This document shows, piece by piece, positions 11,158 through 24,928 of a DNA stretch of 64,000 bases. The translations under genes were made by a program, and so were the position numbers. The notes beneath the pieces were generated by a model. That model worked only from the letters and a program-made list of their open reading frames with translations. It was not told the origin of the DNA and made no database searches. Position 1 is the stretch's first letter. Every line of letters begins with the position of its first letter. This DNA is from Camelus dromedarius (Eukaryota), in assembly GCF_036321535.1 (NCBI RefSeq), contig NC_087438.1, positions 11,596,001 through 11,660,000 of the forward strand. Reading direction: 5' to 3'.

Positions 11158-13544
11158 GGACCTAGTATATAAACTACATCACCCTTATTTACAATATGAG
11201 TAAACTAAGTCCCAGAGACTATGATTTGGAAAAAGTTACACAATTAGTTGCCACTTTTAATATCCTTGAGTGTCACTGACACTGTTCTATTTCTAGGAGT
11301 GCCAATAAAACTGCCCCTCCCAACCCTCCCCATCCTAGGAGAGAAAAGGGTTGTGGAGTCTTATATGAAGGCAACACCATCAGTGGTGAGCACTCCATCT
11401 GGAAATCTGTACCAACCTGAGCTTTCCCAGGAAATGCAAGATCCTGGTAACATAGGTTAATGGCTAAAGGCAAAATGCCTGTGAGCAGTTCAGTCACCAC
11501 CACTGTTGGGAATGCCAACGAACTCCCAGCTCACAGCAGATATTTGGCCAGAAAAGGCTCTTGACTGCAAAAATGTCCAGTATTTCTCAGTTAAATTAAA
11601 CCATTTTCCCTGGCCAACATTCTTCTCTCTCTCATTCTCCCTCTCCCTCTCCCTCTCTCTCTCTTTCCACCTCTCTCAGTGACATTTCCACATAACCAAA
11701 CTCTATAAATATAGCCTGTGCCATTCTGAAAAGTCAGTGTGCACCAGAAGCAGGATGGTGACTTTGAGTCCCATTTAATCTCATTTAAGACAAAAAAATT
11801 AGAGAAGATTAGAGTCAATCTCACAACCTGGCTCCATTGTTCACTCCTAATTCCCACTACTACTTGGTGAAGACCAGAGTGTGGTTGCCCAAAAGAGGGT
11901 TAACTAAACAAGACTGTGGCCTGAGATCCCCTTTGCTGGAATAATCTTTGCTAGGATGTAATAAGTTACATTAATTCTCCTGGCACATTTTCTTAAGGCA
12001 CCCGTCATTCAAATGCCCAACAGCTATGGGGACTTAGATGTAAGTGCAATGGTAATCACTTTAAAAGGCACTTCTCTATTGTTGAATTTTGTTAATAATG
12101 AATCTTGAAGAAATAACCGCAAGTCATTTCTATGTATAATGGATGTTTACTTTTGTTAGACTCAACTATATATGAAGCTTAAAGAAAAATATCAGAAAAA
12201 CAACAAAAAAACAAAAATATAAAACTTAGAGATATAAAGATTGAAAGACAATTCATATTCCATCAGAAAAACCACTAAGTTCACCAAAGAAAGCTATCAT
12301 CAGTTGACAGTCTAAAACCCAGGCCTCTGGGAACTACAATGTCCTGATCATATATGGGGATTTTGTGAACACATATTTCCAATGCTGCCCATCAGAACAA
12401 ATAATGAAAAGAAATATCCTACAGAAAATGCACTTGTATCTATAAAAGATGAGTTGATTTTTGTTTTGTTGAATATTATATGTATCTATATCTTCCCCCA
12501 CTCCCAGAACCAGGTTGAGAATGGCAGGCTGGTCATGAGGGTTTAAAGCTCAAGGGTTCAGATACAGATCATCATTAGCATTGGTTAAAAAAAAAATCTT
12601 CTGTGCAAAATAATGTGATAAGGACAACAAATTATTCAGAAACTTGCCACAACATGAAACTTGACACTAGAGGCTGGCTAATGTCCAAATATAGATGAGC
12701 TAATCCACCCACCCCCAAAGTGGAGAACAGCACACATGACGAAATGATTATCATAATAGTTAAGGCTCTAAATGACTGTTTTTTTCTAAGTAATACACAA
12801 GAAAAGCCCTGGTGCTGATTTTACGACACTGCCACCCTCTACGTCTTCCTCTCCCTCAGTGAAATCTGCAGTCAGTCATCAGCCTGGATTCAAAGAGCAC
12901 TGGGTCTTCAGTGCTGATGGCATCCTGGCCTGGGAACAGAACAGGATGGCAAAGGCAAACTTTAATGTGGAGTATAACCTCTCACCAGCTGCCAGAGAGG
13001 AAAGCGCAGTCTTTTCTAGAAGGTCTGAACACAGGTTGAATTTGCTTCTCAACCTGCCATCCCTGTTTCAGTTCATGACCATCCCCCAAGTCAGTTAGGT
13101 TGAAACCTGTATCATCTAGACTAGTCTATCCTCTGGGCACTGAATTCTGCTAATTCTGTCTACTTAGCAAATCTGGGATAAAACAGAACATTATCTCTCT
13201 GTGACTCCAATCAGCCATGTGTTCCCTGAAGACTGGAAGGAACCCTCTTCCTACTTCAATGACCGATACAGAGCAGGAGCTCAATAAATCTTTGCTAAAT
13301 GAGAAGGAATAAGAAAGAGAAGAGTGACCATCACTGGAATCTCAAGGATGACAAGATTGACTCTATCTAGGGATGACAGTGCTGTTAAAACACAAAAGGT
13401 CTCAAATATTGTTCTTTCATATGTTAGAGTAACACCTTGAGATAACAAAGACAGACTAAAATATACACACCAAGACTGGAAATGAAAAGGGTTTAGGGAT
13501 CTGAGCCCACGTTTCTCAACAGTGGGTTTTGCCCTAGTCCCTCC

Positions 13545-13547
<3 letters not shown>

Positions 13548-13576
<29 letters not shown>
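13548..13576. repeat. (CA)n microsatellite
   Basis: Direct reading of the sequence. Confidence 0.95.
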
Positions 13577-14811
13577 GCCTAGAAGAAGTAGAAGAGCTAA
13601 AAGTCTTTACAAGGATTTGTTTTCAGCCTCTGTAAATGGTAGCAGCCTCTCGTTGACCTAATCACCAAATGTTTGCTTGAGTCAAACAATCATTAACCCA
13701 GATAATTACAAAATGCCCAGGTCCATGCCTAACACCTAAGAGACGGACAGGAGATGGGAAGATTGCAGTGACCTTCAGAACTTATAAAGTAAGTAACTCT
13801 GTAAACCTCAATGTAACAATATTTGGTTGAAAACCCTATCAATGTCTATCTTCTGCGTTAATTAATGCTTTAAGGATTGGAAATCTGCTTTAGTAGATTT
13901 CCATTTGCTTTCCACATTCTGAACCAAAGCTAGTCCTTAGAAGGGGGCTATTGGTGGACTTTTTCTGTGGCAAGTAGAAATCTGTACATCTAATTTTCCT
14001 TTTCATCTCCAATGGATAAACTATCTACTGCAAACTTGCAGGTCGTGATTTCATTAATCTTCAAGTTGACAATGCATGTATTGATTGTCCCATTTCATGG
14101 GGTGAGAACAACATTTTAAAAGATTTAACTGAAATATCTAATTAAAATCTGTTTACTTTTGTAACCTGACATAGGCTATTTCACTTTTGTTGGCTTTGCT
14201 TTTCATTTCTCTTAAATCATATAAGCTATGGGTAAAAATATAAACAAAAGCTGCCATCTAAGCATAAGTAAAATTTCTAATTCTCTCAGGGTTTTTAATT
14301 GAAAATATCAATGAAATTTTAGCCTGAATATAAAAATGTTAAGACCTTAGGTTTCCATAACATTCTATTCTGTGATCTAGCAAGAAAATTCAAGGTTGAG
14401 ATGTGATTCTTAATACTAGTAATTCTTATCAAGAAACTGTTTCACTTAGACAATGAAAAGAGAGAGAAATGGCTTTTGGTATGGTATATTAAATATTTCA
14501 TTCTCTTTAATAATATTTCTGTATGTTTTTGGTTCTATTAATTGGAATAAATAAAGACTACACTAAATAGATCATTACTTTGGGTTTTTAGGGAAATTTT
14601 TTCTCTATTTCTAATCTAAAATCAGTAGTTAAAAAAAAGTATATATTGCTGATACCATGCCTTAGGTGTTTGAGACAACAACCTAAAGACATTGTTTCAC
14701 TTTATTGAATAGACAACATTTTGTAAATTAGCTATTCAAGCTCAGCTTATAAGGAGAGTTTTTTTTAAACCAAATAACAAGTAGAATTAACTGAATCACA
14801 TATTTTTACAC

Positions 14812-15010
14812 AGGCTCTGGAGTGACAGTGCCTGGAGTCCAATCTTGGGTCCCTCTTCTGTGTTACCTCCAAGAACTAGTCAATGGTACCTTAGTTTTCT
14901 CATCTGGGAGATGAACACCCACATCTCACAGGGCTGTTGAGAAGACTAAGCGTGGAAACTGATGTAAAGTGCTTAGAATGTTACCTGGATCACAGTAAAC
15001 ACGATCTTAG
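14812..15010 (+). mobile_element. MIR SINE
   Basis: aggctctggagt...cctggagtccaatctt...ccttagttttctcatctg...tctcacagggctgttgagaagact...tgtaaagtgcttagaa. Confidence 0.75.
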
Positions 15011-16789
15011 CCATCAATGGAGATTCAGTTTTTAAAACCTCCTTTTCACATACTTGGAAGCAGTTGAAGGCATATATGGGCTCCGTTTCTATGCTCATCT
15101 CTGTGGTTCCTCATGACCCCAGAGGAACCCTGCCAGCACACCCACAGTCCTGTATCCTCTGTGTTCTATGTAGGAGCATCATTTAGAAAAGTGATCATGT
15201 TCACACTCTCCTCAGTGAGAAAGTTCTTTGCTGCAAAATAATCTGAAGCCAGGAGGTCCCCAAAGAGGTGGGTCCCAGTTCTGAAAAACAATCTCTAGGT
15301 TCTTAGGTTAAGGGAACTGCCTTTTCATGTCATGGTTTCCAATAGCACACAGTCTACTTTGCTCTCTCTTTCAAGGAAAACTTCCCATTTCCATGTTGAC
15401 TTGGCCTATTTGATAACTTAATTTCAGAGTTGCCTAGGAATGTACTCGGATCTCTAAAGTTGTTGCAATTGTTCTGAGCCTCATGTGTTTAGAAATCACA
15501 CAATCACTCTTCTGGAAAATAGTCAAGTCAAAGAAGGAGTAAAGTTGAACAAAACACAAACACACAGGCACACACACGTGCACACGCACGCACGCATGCA
15601 TGCTTGCATACAGAGTGCAGCCACAAAAGATGTCCCCTCCTGGCCTCTCGGCAGCTTCCGCCATCTCAGATGATTTGTGCCCTGACTCCTGGAGCTCCTC
15701 AGCCCCATAGACCCACACCCTTCAGGTCCATGTGGATGACCTGATTATGCTCTGACTTGCTTAACCCTTGTCCCACCTTCACCCCAGCCCAGGCCTTTCC
15801 CTTCCAGAAACCATTCCAGTTGCAAGCTCTGAAACTCCACCACCCTTGCTGACAACAAACTCCTCCAGCGCTTCTCACTTACCGACTTTCTTAATCTCAA
15901 CAAATGCGCCCCATTCCACCTCCTGAAGACTTTGAGCCCCTATGTTGGACAATCTTTCCCCAGTCTTCCAGCTTCTTTCTGGCTCAGGTTCCTTCCCGAG
16001 CCACTGAGAAACCACACCCCATCCTGTGATCCCACTCCCACCACTCGAGGTGAACGGCAATGTTGATCTCACTGCTGATCTTCCAGCAACTCTGTGTATA
16101 AAACCTCCTGCTAGCCCAGCCTTACCATTTCACCACATTGTACTTACTCCCCAACTCTAATGGGTGACAATACACAACCAGCCCTCCCCAGCCTCACTCA
16201 GTCATGCCCAGTGATTCTTCCTGTCTCCTAGCTCAGTTTCTCTCCCCAAAGCCCCTGACAGCTGATTATTATTCTTAATGTTCCCCTCAGACTCCCTTCC
16301 CCACACTGTTCCTTCTCTGTCTCAACAGATACTCAAACTACCTACTTGCCTGAGAAACAGGAGATCTGCAAGGAAGCCCTTCAGTTTATTCTCCCGGAGC
16401 AGCACAAGCAGCCATGTCCAACTGTACCCACCCTCTCTTCCCACCTGCCCATCTCACGGGCATGGGGACGCATCCTGTGCAAGACAGACCACTTCCTTGC
16501 AGGCTGGGTTCCATCTCTGTATCTCAGGGGCATCAGGTTGTTCCTTCCCAACTGGATCTTTAATCTTTCTTCCAATTTCATCTGGGTCTGTCCTCTCAGC
16601 ATTTGCTCAAACCTAACTCTGCCATTAAAACAGATAAACAGAACCTTTCTGAATTCCACACACATCTCTCTAGATTCTACCCTCATACCTGTGTCCTTTC
16701 TCAGCCAAGTTTATAAATCAGCTTATACTGGGAGCCCCTTTCTGCCTATCTCAGCCATTCTCAGCCTACTGTAACCTTGTGTCTATACA

Positions 16790-17457
16790 TTCAACCCCAT
16801 ATTGCCGAATCCAGTTGAGACGATGGTCAGAGCACAGCCATTCAAGGAATGACACAGCAATTAACACCAAAATGGCAGAAGATTCAATGCCCAGTAGGCT
16901 TAAGATGGGGGGAGGTTTGACTTCTGATAGACCTTGAGCTTCATTATACACCCATTGTAATATATTAGCATGATGAATAACATGCCCACAGGTGCCATGA
17001 CCGTCCCAAGGCTAACCACAAAAGGTCAAAGAGTGGGCGATGGCCCAATTCCTGGGACTCCCAGCCCCTTCCCCAGGGCAGCTGGAATAGTCCTCCCACT
17101 TGTAGGCTTGTGAAGCTACCGAGCCCATAAAAACTGGCAACAGCACCCCTCATGGCCACCTCTCTTGCTCCCTCCTCTTCAGAGAGACAGCCACACTCTG
17201 TCTATGGAGTGTATACTTTTACTTTAACCTGAGCACCCAACCCCCACACCTCGTGGCCTTTCTCTCACCTTCTGAAACAGCCTACACTCTAGGCAGTATG
17301 TATGTCTAGATAAATCTACCTTTACTCAACTGTGGCTCACTCTTGAATTCTTTCCTGTGTGAAGCCAAGGAAGCACACTTGGCGGGGCACGTCCCAGGGA
17401 CTCGACGGACACCTAGGACAAAGCCCTCCTCATGCCCACATCTGTCTTCCTGCAGCA
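16790..17457 (+). mobile_element. ERV1-type solo LTR (boundaries approximate)
   Basis: TATA-like cccataaaaa near 17125, an internal duplicated cagcc-acactct motif, and a U5-type end ataaatctacctttactcaactgtggctcactcttgaattctttcctgtgtgaagccaagga. Confidence 0.7.
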
Positions 17458-17835
17458 CAGTGATACATTTTGGCTTTATTTCACCCATTCTTGATAAGGC
17501 ACCTGGCACTGTCAGACACTTGCTCTTCTGCCCCCAAGTCCTTCCTCAACTCACCTGACTCAGCTCTGTCTTTCTCTGGCCATACGCCTCCCTCTGCCTG
17601 CTCTCTGTGTCTCACCACCTTCCTCAAACTGCCGCTCCTCTCACCCAGTCACTCACCCAGGTTTCAACTGCTATATAAATCTCCAGCTTGAATTTCCAAC
17701 CTTAAGTATGATTAACCTTCCCCCATCTGCTCTCACATCTACTTCTCTCCTGGCACTTCCCATGCTGTGTTTTAATTGCTTATTTCCCTGCCTGTCTCTC
17801 TCCAGCAGCTGGAGAGCAGGGAGGATGCTCTATTC

Positions 17836-18103
17836 CAAGGCTCGATGAAGCTTTTCTGTAAAAAGCCAGACAGTAAATATTGGAGGCTATGTAAACATCA
17901 TGATCCTTCTTTGACGAGTTTGCAGTCTCTCACTAACAACACATAAATGAATGGACATGACTGCGTTTCAACAAAACTTCTTTTATAGGCACTGAAATTT
18001 ATATTTGATATAATTTTCATGTGCCATGAAATAATCTCAATGTTTAGTCAACCATTTCAAAATGTAAAAATCATTCTTAGATTAAAAACAGGCAGCAGAT
18101 CCT
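17836..18103. mobile_element. hAT-Charlie MITE (MER58-like)
   Basis: cttttctgtaaaaagccagacagtaaatatt...caacaaaactt...aatgtaaaaatcattcttag...aaaaacaggcagc. Confidence 0.7.
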
Positions 18104-21100
18104 GTACTATTTATATCTCCCTCCTGCATTCCAGACGTGGGATGCAGTAAATAGTCAATGAATGTTGGCCCAAGAGGTGACTAACATTTCTTTGGCTAAG
18201 CTGGACCCAGTTGAGAGAGGTGGCAGGAAACAAAACTCAGTAATGACAATAGATCTGGTCTGCTGCTAGGCTAATCAAATCATGTCAACATTTCTCCCAA
18301 AGAACTTGAACTGTACAAGGTCACAGGAGAGTAAGGCGTTGGGTTTTATCCCCCAGGAGGGGGCCTAATGAGTTAACTCACTTTGAGAGACCATTTCAGG
18401 CACAGCCCTGAGGGCAAGTAGCAAAAGCAAGTTCCCTTCTATTTTCTTTCCCGAGCCTTTAAAGACAGCAATCCCACTAATAACCAACTACGATAATAAT
18501 CTTCAGAGAAATCGGTAAACATCAGTATGATTAAGGTATGGAAAAGCCTATAATTTGTGCCTCCAGAGTAAAGCGATAATAACAGCTGACTTCTCAAAAC
18601 ATATAGAGGGTAAAGATTTGTTTTTCCTCTAGCAATTTTGAATTATAAGGGGCCATTCTGCCTCTCCCTCCAAGGGAGGGAGTGCTCAGAAATCAGAAAC
18701 CGGAAAAAATCCTAGGCTGGGACAATTTGGAGAATGGACTGCCACTCATGATTTAAACCGGCCGTGTTGCATCAGACTCCAAGTGCAGCTGGGCATTTTC
18801 TGGGGCATGAAGCAGGTTAAGATATTCTGAAACCAGGAAATAATGATCTGTGCTCATAAAGGAATTCTGCTCTGAGAAATGATTCCAAACAAGCTAGGAG
18901 AGCATGCGAATCTGCTGCAGGGGTGACAGACCAGCCAGCGACGCCAGCCTCACTGCCCGTCCTCGCCTGGAAGGAAGTTTGAAGGGAAACCCAGCGGGAC
19001 TCTGGACAAGAGTAGAAGGTTTCCGTCCACCCTACATTAGCAGCTGGATAAAGTTCTCCTAAGTAGCCAAATTGAGACGCTGGAGGGATGTCGATCCCCA
19101 ATCAAATTATAGATCAGGAAGCGGAAGCCGGAAATGGAGCAGAGATGGCTGACAGTCTTCTTATGTCTGCAGGGAAAGTTGTGATAGGAGATTCAAAAAG
19201 GAAGCACTGGGCTAATTGACTTCCCTAGTTATTTTTCCAAACGGTGTTCAAGTGGAGCTTTTTTCGTGTGCCTTATGATTCATGCAGACTTATCCACATG
19301 AATGCTTCCTATGAAACTCAGAATGAGACAACAGAGACAACACCTCCCACCCTCCGCCTCCCGCTGTCACCCACAGTGCCAGCCAAGGCGCTCAGGCTGC
19401 CATCTGCATCCCCACTCTGGCTGGATGCTGACCTACTGATGGTCAAAGCTCTGTTTTCCTGAGTGATCCAAGTGGCTCAGATCCCAGACTTGGTAGTGGT
19501 GGTGGTGACTGGGGTGGGAGGGGGCGGACTATGATGGAAAGTCAGCTTCCTTCACCAAAAAAAAAAAACAAAAAACAAAAAAAAAAAAACTACTTTACAT
19601 ATATTTGAAGTCTTATGATCAAACTTGCTGATAATTCTGAATGAGGTAAGGTGCAGCCCTGAGAAGAGGTAGAGGGGGTGTTGGTGGCCGACAGCTATTG
19701 TCCTCACTTCCCATAGAGAAAGCGTCTTCAATGTGGAGACGGCCCACGTCAGATCACACTGGGTTCTGTGGTCCTGGCTCTCGGTAGGCAGGCCTGGGAA
19801 AGAGCTTACTGTGTCAGACATCCACAAAGTCCTCTGTGCAGGACAGTACCTCAGGGACCCTAGAGAGTGGTGAACTTGACTGTTCTCTTGATCTTTTTAC
19901 ATTTTCACCTGGAATTATTTGATACATTTTATATTTATTCATAAATATTTTGCAGCTTAAAAAAAAATGCTATTTCTCTACAATGACCCAGGAGTTGCCA
20001 GCAACTGTCCTTTCAAGCACACTCATCTGTATGTTTGACGACCCTGTGTGACAGCGTGAGAATTGGTGGCTCTCTGGTGGGGGCTCTCCAGAAAACCCAT
20101 TTTTTTTTTCCTGCTCTAAATCATGGCATATTTCAATTCTAATGCTAATTTCTTTCTAAGTCTCAGTAAATATGTTTTTCACCTAAAACACTTTAAGAAA
20201 TATTGTCAACTTCTGAATCATGCTGGGAAGCGCCAGAGAGCATGGAAAGTTTTAAACAGAGGAGAGTTTTAACATCCTTTATATTTTGCTTGGAATGTAT
20301 GAGAATTTTCTTCCTTGGTTGATTCATTTCTTAATTATTCTTTGCTTATGCTAATTGGGTTATATCTGTTGAAAGCAAGCCACAGGAAGGAAGATGACCT
20401 AAAAGCACCATTTTAGGTGGAAACAACTATTAAATGGGCAACTGGTCATCCTCGATGGTGTGGATTCATTTGCCATAACCAAGACTCTGATTACGCTGAA
20501 ATTCTTTTGTCAAACTTCTTCACTTTTCCTCATATAATGTAAAAAAAAAAAAAAAGAAAATGTGCATTTCAGATTTCACATCAATAAAATGTTAAATCAT
20601 GTGTTAGTTTCAGCTGCTCTGCCTGGAGCAAAAAATAGCCAAGTGAAGCAATATCAAACTTCTATTTTCTCAATGTGCAAAATATGGAACTGAGAACCAG
20701 GTCCTGTGCCCAGAGCCTTCCCCCATGCATTTGTGCTTCCTTTCTGAATTTGCTCATCTTCCTTTGTCCAGTGTGCAAATCTTCTTAGGGGGGAGCCGAG
20801 AGCAGCAGCCTGCTGTGATTATTACTTCTCCCTAAATTACTGCCCCTGGGCTACAACATCTCAGTGATTTAAATCCTTTATATCAGATTAGTTTTCCTAG
20901 TGCACAGTCATAGTCTGGATGTCATCTATTCAAATATTTAAAAGAGCTCACCAAATATGTAAAGTCATATTTCTTTGTACTCCCACTTCCTTAAGACGTC
21001 TCCCTCTTACGGTTCTCTGTCTACCTTTTGACCACCACCCGCTCACCTTTAATAGCCTTCTCTTAATTGTCTTGAACTCATTTTCACTTTATTCGTCTTT

Positions 21101-21214
21101 CAGGGAACAGAGCTACTTTATCATTTAGGAAATACAACTGGTCTATTCAGACAAGGTGAAACCTGTTCATCAAACTCTCACACGTTTACCATTCCATCAT
21201 GTAGAAATCTATCC

Positions 21215-21405
21215 ATTATGGTAGCCATTAGCCAGAGTAGCTATTTAAGTTAATTTAAATAAAACTAAATTAAAAATTGAGTTTCTCATTCTCACTAACT
21301 GTATTTCAAGTGCGCAACAGCCAAATGTAACTAGTGACTTTTGTACTGGACAGCACAGTTGCACAACATTTTCATCATTGCAGAAAGTTCTGTTGGGCAG
21401 ACTTG
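21215..21405. mobile_element. hAT-Charlie MITE (MER3/MER33-like)
   Basis: atggtagccattagcc...atttcaagtgc...ctggacagcacag...aacattttcatcattgcagaaagttctgttgg. Confidence 0.75.
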
Positions 21406-22029
21406 ATCGAGATATTTGAACTATAAGAGAACCCAGACCCTTAGGAGAATTCAAAACTTTAATAGCAAGAAGAAACTGGATCGTGGGAAAGCAGACAATG
21501 TATTGGTTAATAATAAATGAAAACAACAAGCAGATTTACTTTGTCTGGAACTAAGTACATTTTCCCAAGTAAATACATTTTCTAGAAATATTTACATTTC
21601 TGTTTAACAGTCCAATAATAATCTCTTCCTAAACATTATATACACTGGCTGGATTATAATATTTTTTGATTCTAGAATAATCTTCTATGGATTTTCAGAA
21701 TTATTTTTTAAGAAAATTTATGAAGCTGTCAATCTGCTTATTCTCATTCAGGTATAAACAAGTTTGAAAGCTTGGATGAACAGGAATAGGGGCATGTTTC
21801 CAACCGCTTTAAAGCCCTCTGAATAGAGAGCCAATCCTACATCGTCCAGTGGTGACAAGGGAGCCATCTTCCCACTTGCCAAGCACCTCTTCATCCATCA
21901 GCCTGCTTGGCTATCACTTCGCCATGAAATCTCCCTGAAACCATTCCCTCTCTGCACAAAACAGCCAGCGTCAATCTCTCCTGGCTGTCCAACTACCATC
22001 TCCTGTGCACAATCCCATCACCGTGCACA

Positions 22030-22175
22030 GCCCGCTGAATTCTAGGTACCTCACTTACATGTCTGTCTGCCCCTGTAGCTGGGAGCTCCTTGGGGGCAGG
22101 AAAATGACCAGCTGTTATTTGCATCCCCCGCACTCAGCACTGTGTCTGACACATAGAAAGTTTATTGGACTGAGC
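22030..22175 (+). mobile_element. L2 3' end fragment
   Basis: tgtctgtctgccc...gagctccttgggggcagga...catcccc...cagcactgtgtctgacacatag. Confidence 0.6.
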
Positions 22176-23721
22176 TGAGCAAATTGGACTCAAAGCTGCA
22201 AACCTGCTTTTCACTGTAACTCTGATTCTAGTCTTGTATTTGAGGTATAATCAATGTAACCTATTTTGTTACTGTGTACGTTTAATTAGGAGACATTTTA
22301 ATTAATTTGAAATGTTAGCAGGAGCTATACCGGCTATTAGCATCTGGTTGCCTGTTGGCAGCCTGTGTGTATTTGCTTTCTTGACTGTAGTAGATCCCCA
22401 TTTCTTGGGAGAAGGTAAGATTTTTCTATGGGTCCAAAGAGACTAATTAATGAGATTGCCAAGTGAAATAAACAATGTTCTTCAATCTGAATTCTTTAAT
22501 ATTTTCTTTAATATTTTTAATATTTTAATATTTAAAAATAACTCGAATGGTGGGGCTTTGATTTGATGAGCCAAAAGACAGCGAAAAGTATGTTAATATT
22601 TAAAACTTAGATAAAAATTCACTCTCCAAAGTGTCTCCAGGAAAATGTTAATTTTTGTTCCTTAGAAATTTGACTTTATAGAAAGGTCAAATGCTCAGAT
22701 TTCAAAAGGGAAGCCCAAATATGTCACATAGTGTCAAAAAGATCATTAGTTCATATGTGTGTACTCCTAAAACCGGAATTCTAATAATCCTGATTAAAGG
22801 ACTGGTCTTAGCCATCAAAATTTAAGATAGAATAACTCAGCCTAAATGCAAGCTGTGAAATTCAATAAAATTATTCCCTAACCAAGAAATATATGGTCTT
22901 TTTCCATGTTGTAATATCAAGAAAGTCAACTGGAATTTCTTCTCTGCAGATTGGATTGGGAGCTTAGTGGTTCTTTTGTTTTCCATCTCTCCCTTCAATA
23001 TCAATGAAATACTACATTTTACAACATCTATGTTGCAAGACAAAACAAACACTGTCTCTGAATGCATTGAGGAATTTGTGGGATAATTTCATTAATTCTC
23101 CTTTTTTTTTAGAGCCATACCCTAGAGATTAGATTTGTATAGAGATTTCCAATTTCCAAATGCTTACATATACATTATCATATTTAAGGCAAATTGTTCG
23201 TATACATGATTAGTCCAATTAGTCAGGCACCATCTGCTCAGTTTACACATTATTCCTGACATTTCCCTTCTTTCTTTTTTTCTTTCTGGCCTGAAATTTC
23301 ATTATTTTTCTTTCTCATTAGTCTTGTATTGGTAACAAGAGAGGAAAGAAGAAAAGGAGGTGCAATTCAAGCTGATCTTATGTTTTAAATGCACAGAGTT
23401 CTTTAAAAAAAAAAAAGACTGAAAATATTAAAGTTGCCAGTAAAATTAAGGCTGTAGTGAATAGAGGCACTGATTTAAGTGATTTAAAGTATTTTAATGT
23501 TGGTGACTTATTTAGATACTCTTAATCTACAACCTCCAGTTAATAGCATAATTATTGGACAACAGTTATTTCCTTTAGTTAGGCCTGTGTGCTAAGGATG
23601 CTTATTCCCATTTTTATAGGCAAGAAAACAGGAATACGGAGGGATGAAGATGATCTGTCCAAGCAGAGGCTAGGGCTAGAAACCAAGTCACTGGATTCCA
23701 GGTTGAGAATCCTTCCCTCAT

Positions 23722-23918
23722 CAGTGGTTCTCAAACTTCAGCGCACATCAGCACCTTGGCCATCTTTGTAAACACCAAAGGCTGGTGGGGAGGGAACCTT
23801 GAAGTCTCTGATTCAGCAGGTCTGGGGTGGGTCTTGAGAATGTGCATGTCTAAAGCACTTGCTGCAGACGCTGGTGCTGCCATGGGTGGTCCTGGGACCA
23901 TACCTTGCAAACCATGGC
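23722..23918. mobile_element. hAT-Charlie MITE (MER5A-like)
   Basis: cagtggttctcaaactt...tctgattcagcaggtctggggtggg...gagaatgtgcat...gggaccatac. Confidence 0.8.
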
Positions 23919-24735
23919 TGCCTCCCTCAGCTCTTTTTACATCCCTTAAACTGTAAACCACATCAGGGTAGGGAGTCCCCTGAATCTGGTGTTGCCTCTC
24001 TCTGTCTTCCCCCTTGTTGCCAACTGGTCATCATCGCAATGCCTATGGCACTTCACACACACACCTGCATAAATGCCCCATGAATTGGCTTCCATTTTCA
24101 CATGGTATAAGGAAAACAAGAGATTGGTCAAGTGAAAGGCGTAAGTAACCATTTCTGTAGGGTCTATTTAAGCTAAAATGTTTCATCCTTTTTCTCTTCT
24201 AGGCCAATGAATTTAATAAGTGGCAAAAAGAGGCACAGGAAAGCAAGGAAAACTGTTCCCAAATTCTTACCCTTCCAAGGAGCTCTTTATGCCCTTGGGG
24301 AATCTGAGTCGCCAGGCGAGGATGTAAGATCTCCAGGTGTCAGTGCTCTCCCCAGACGCACAGTATCGCCATTGGCATTAGTCAACACTTTCCCAGCTTA
24401 GTGAGACGGATTTATTTGCCCTTATCCCTTAGAAATAAATGACTATCCTTACAAGTCCCGCCCCAAATAATTTCTCCAACTCCTTCTTTGTGTTGCAAAA
24501 TATGTCACTTTAAATGGGCATTAGCCTGTTAATTTTTTTTCAGACTACTTAGAAATACAGATGCTCTGCTTTTTGAGAATAGTGGCCAGGTTGCCATACC
24601 CCAGATAGGTAATGAATTGGAGAACCAAGATCACATGAACCACAACATTCTGTATTAGATCCAACTGATGAAAACAGAACAGCTGCAAGAAATGGATTAC
24701 TGACAGTTTGTTAACGTCGAACGTCACGATCTTAC

Positions 24736-24928
24736 CTATGCACACTAGATCCATAAAACCATACATTCCATAGCAGATTTGAAAAAGGATGTCCTTCCTC
24801 TGCCACACTGCATAGGGGCTGAAGGCGGACCAGAGGAGCCAGGTCACACTCGCTATTAAGAACAGGGATCCTAGGATTACAGCAATCATCTGAACTTTCT
24901 CAACCAGTGTAATAGAAATGCTTTGCCA
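24736..24928 (-). CDS. MARCHF11: MARCHF11 penultimate coding exon (193 bp, transmembrane region)
   Basis: Acceptor tttttcttttAG|TGG and donor ATAG|GTAAG. 64 codons + 1 nt: [64 protein letters not shown](G). The split Gly codon G|GT joins in frame to the 6843 exon. Peptide recognised as the MARCH11 TM region. Confidence 0.95.
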
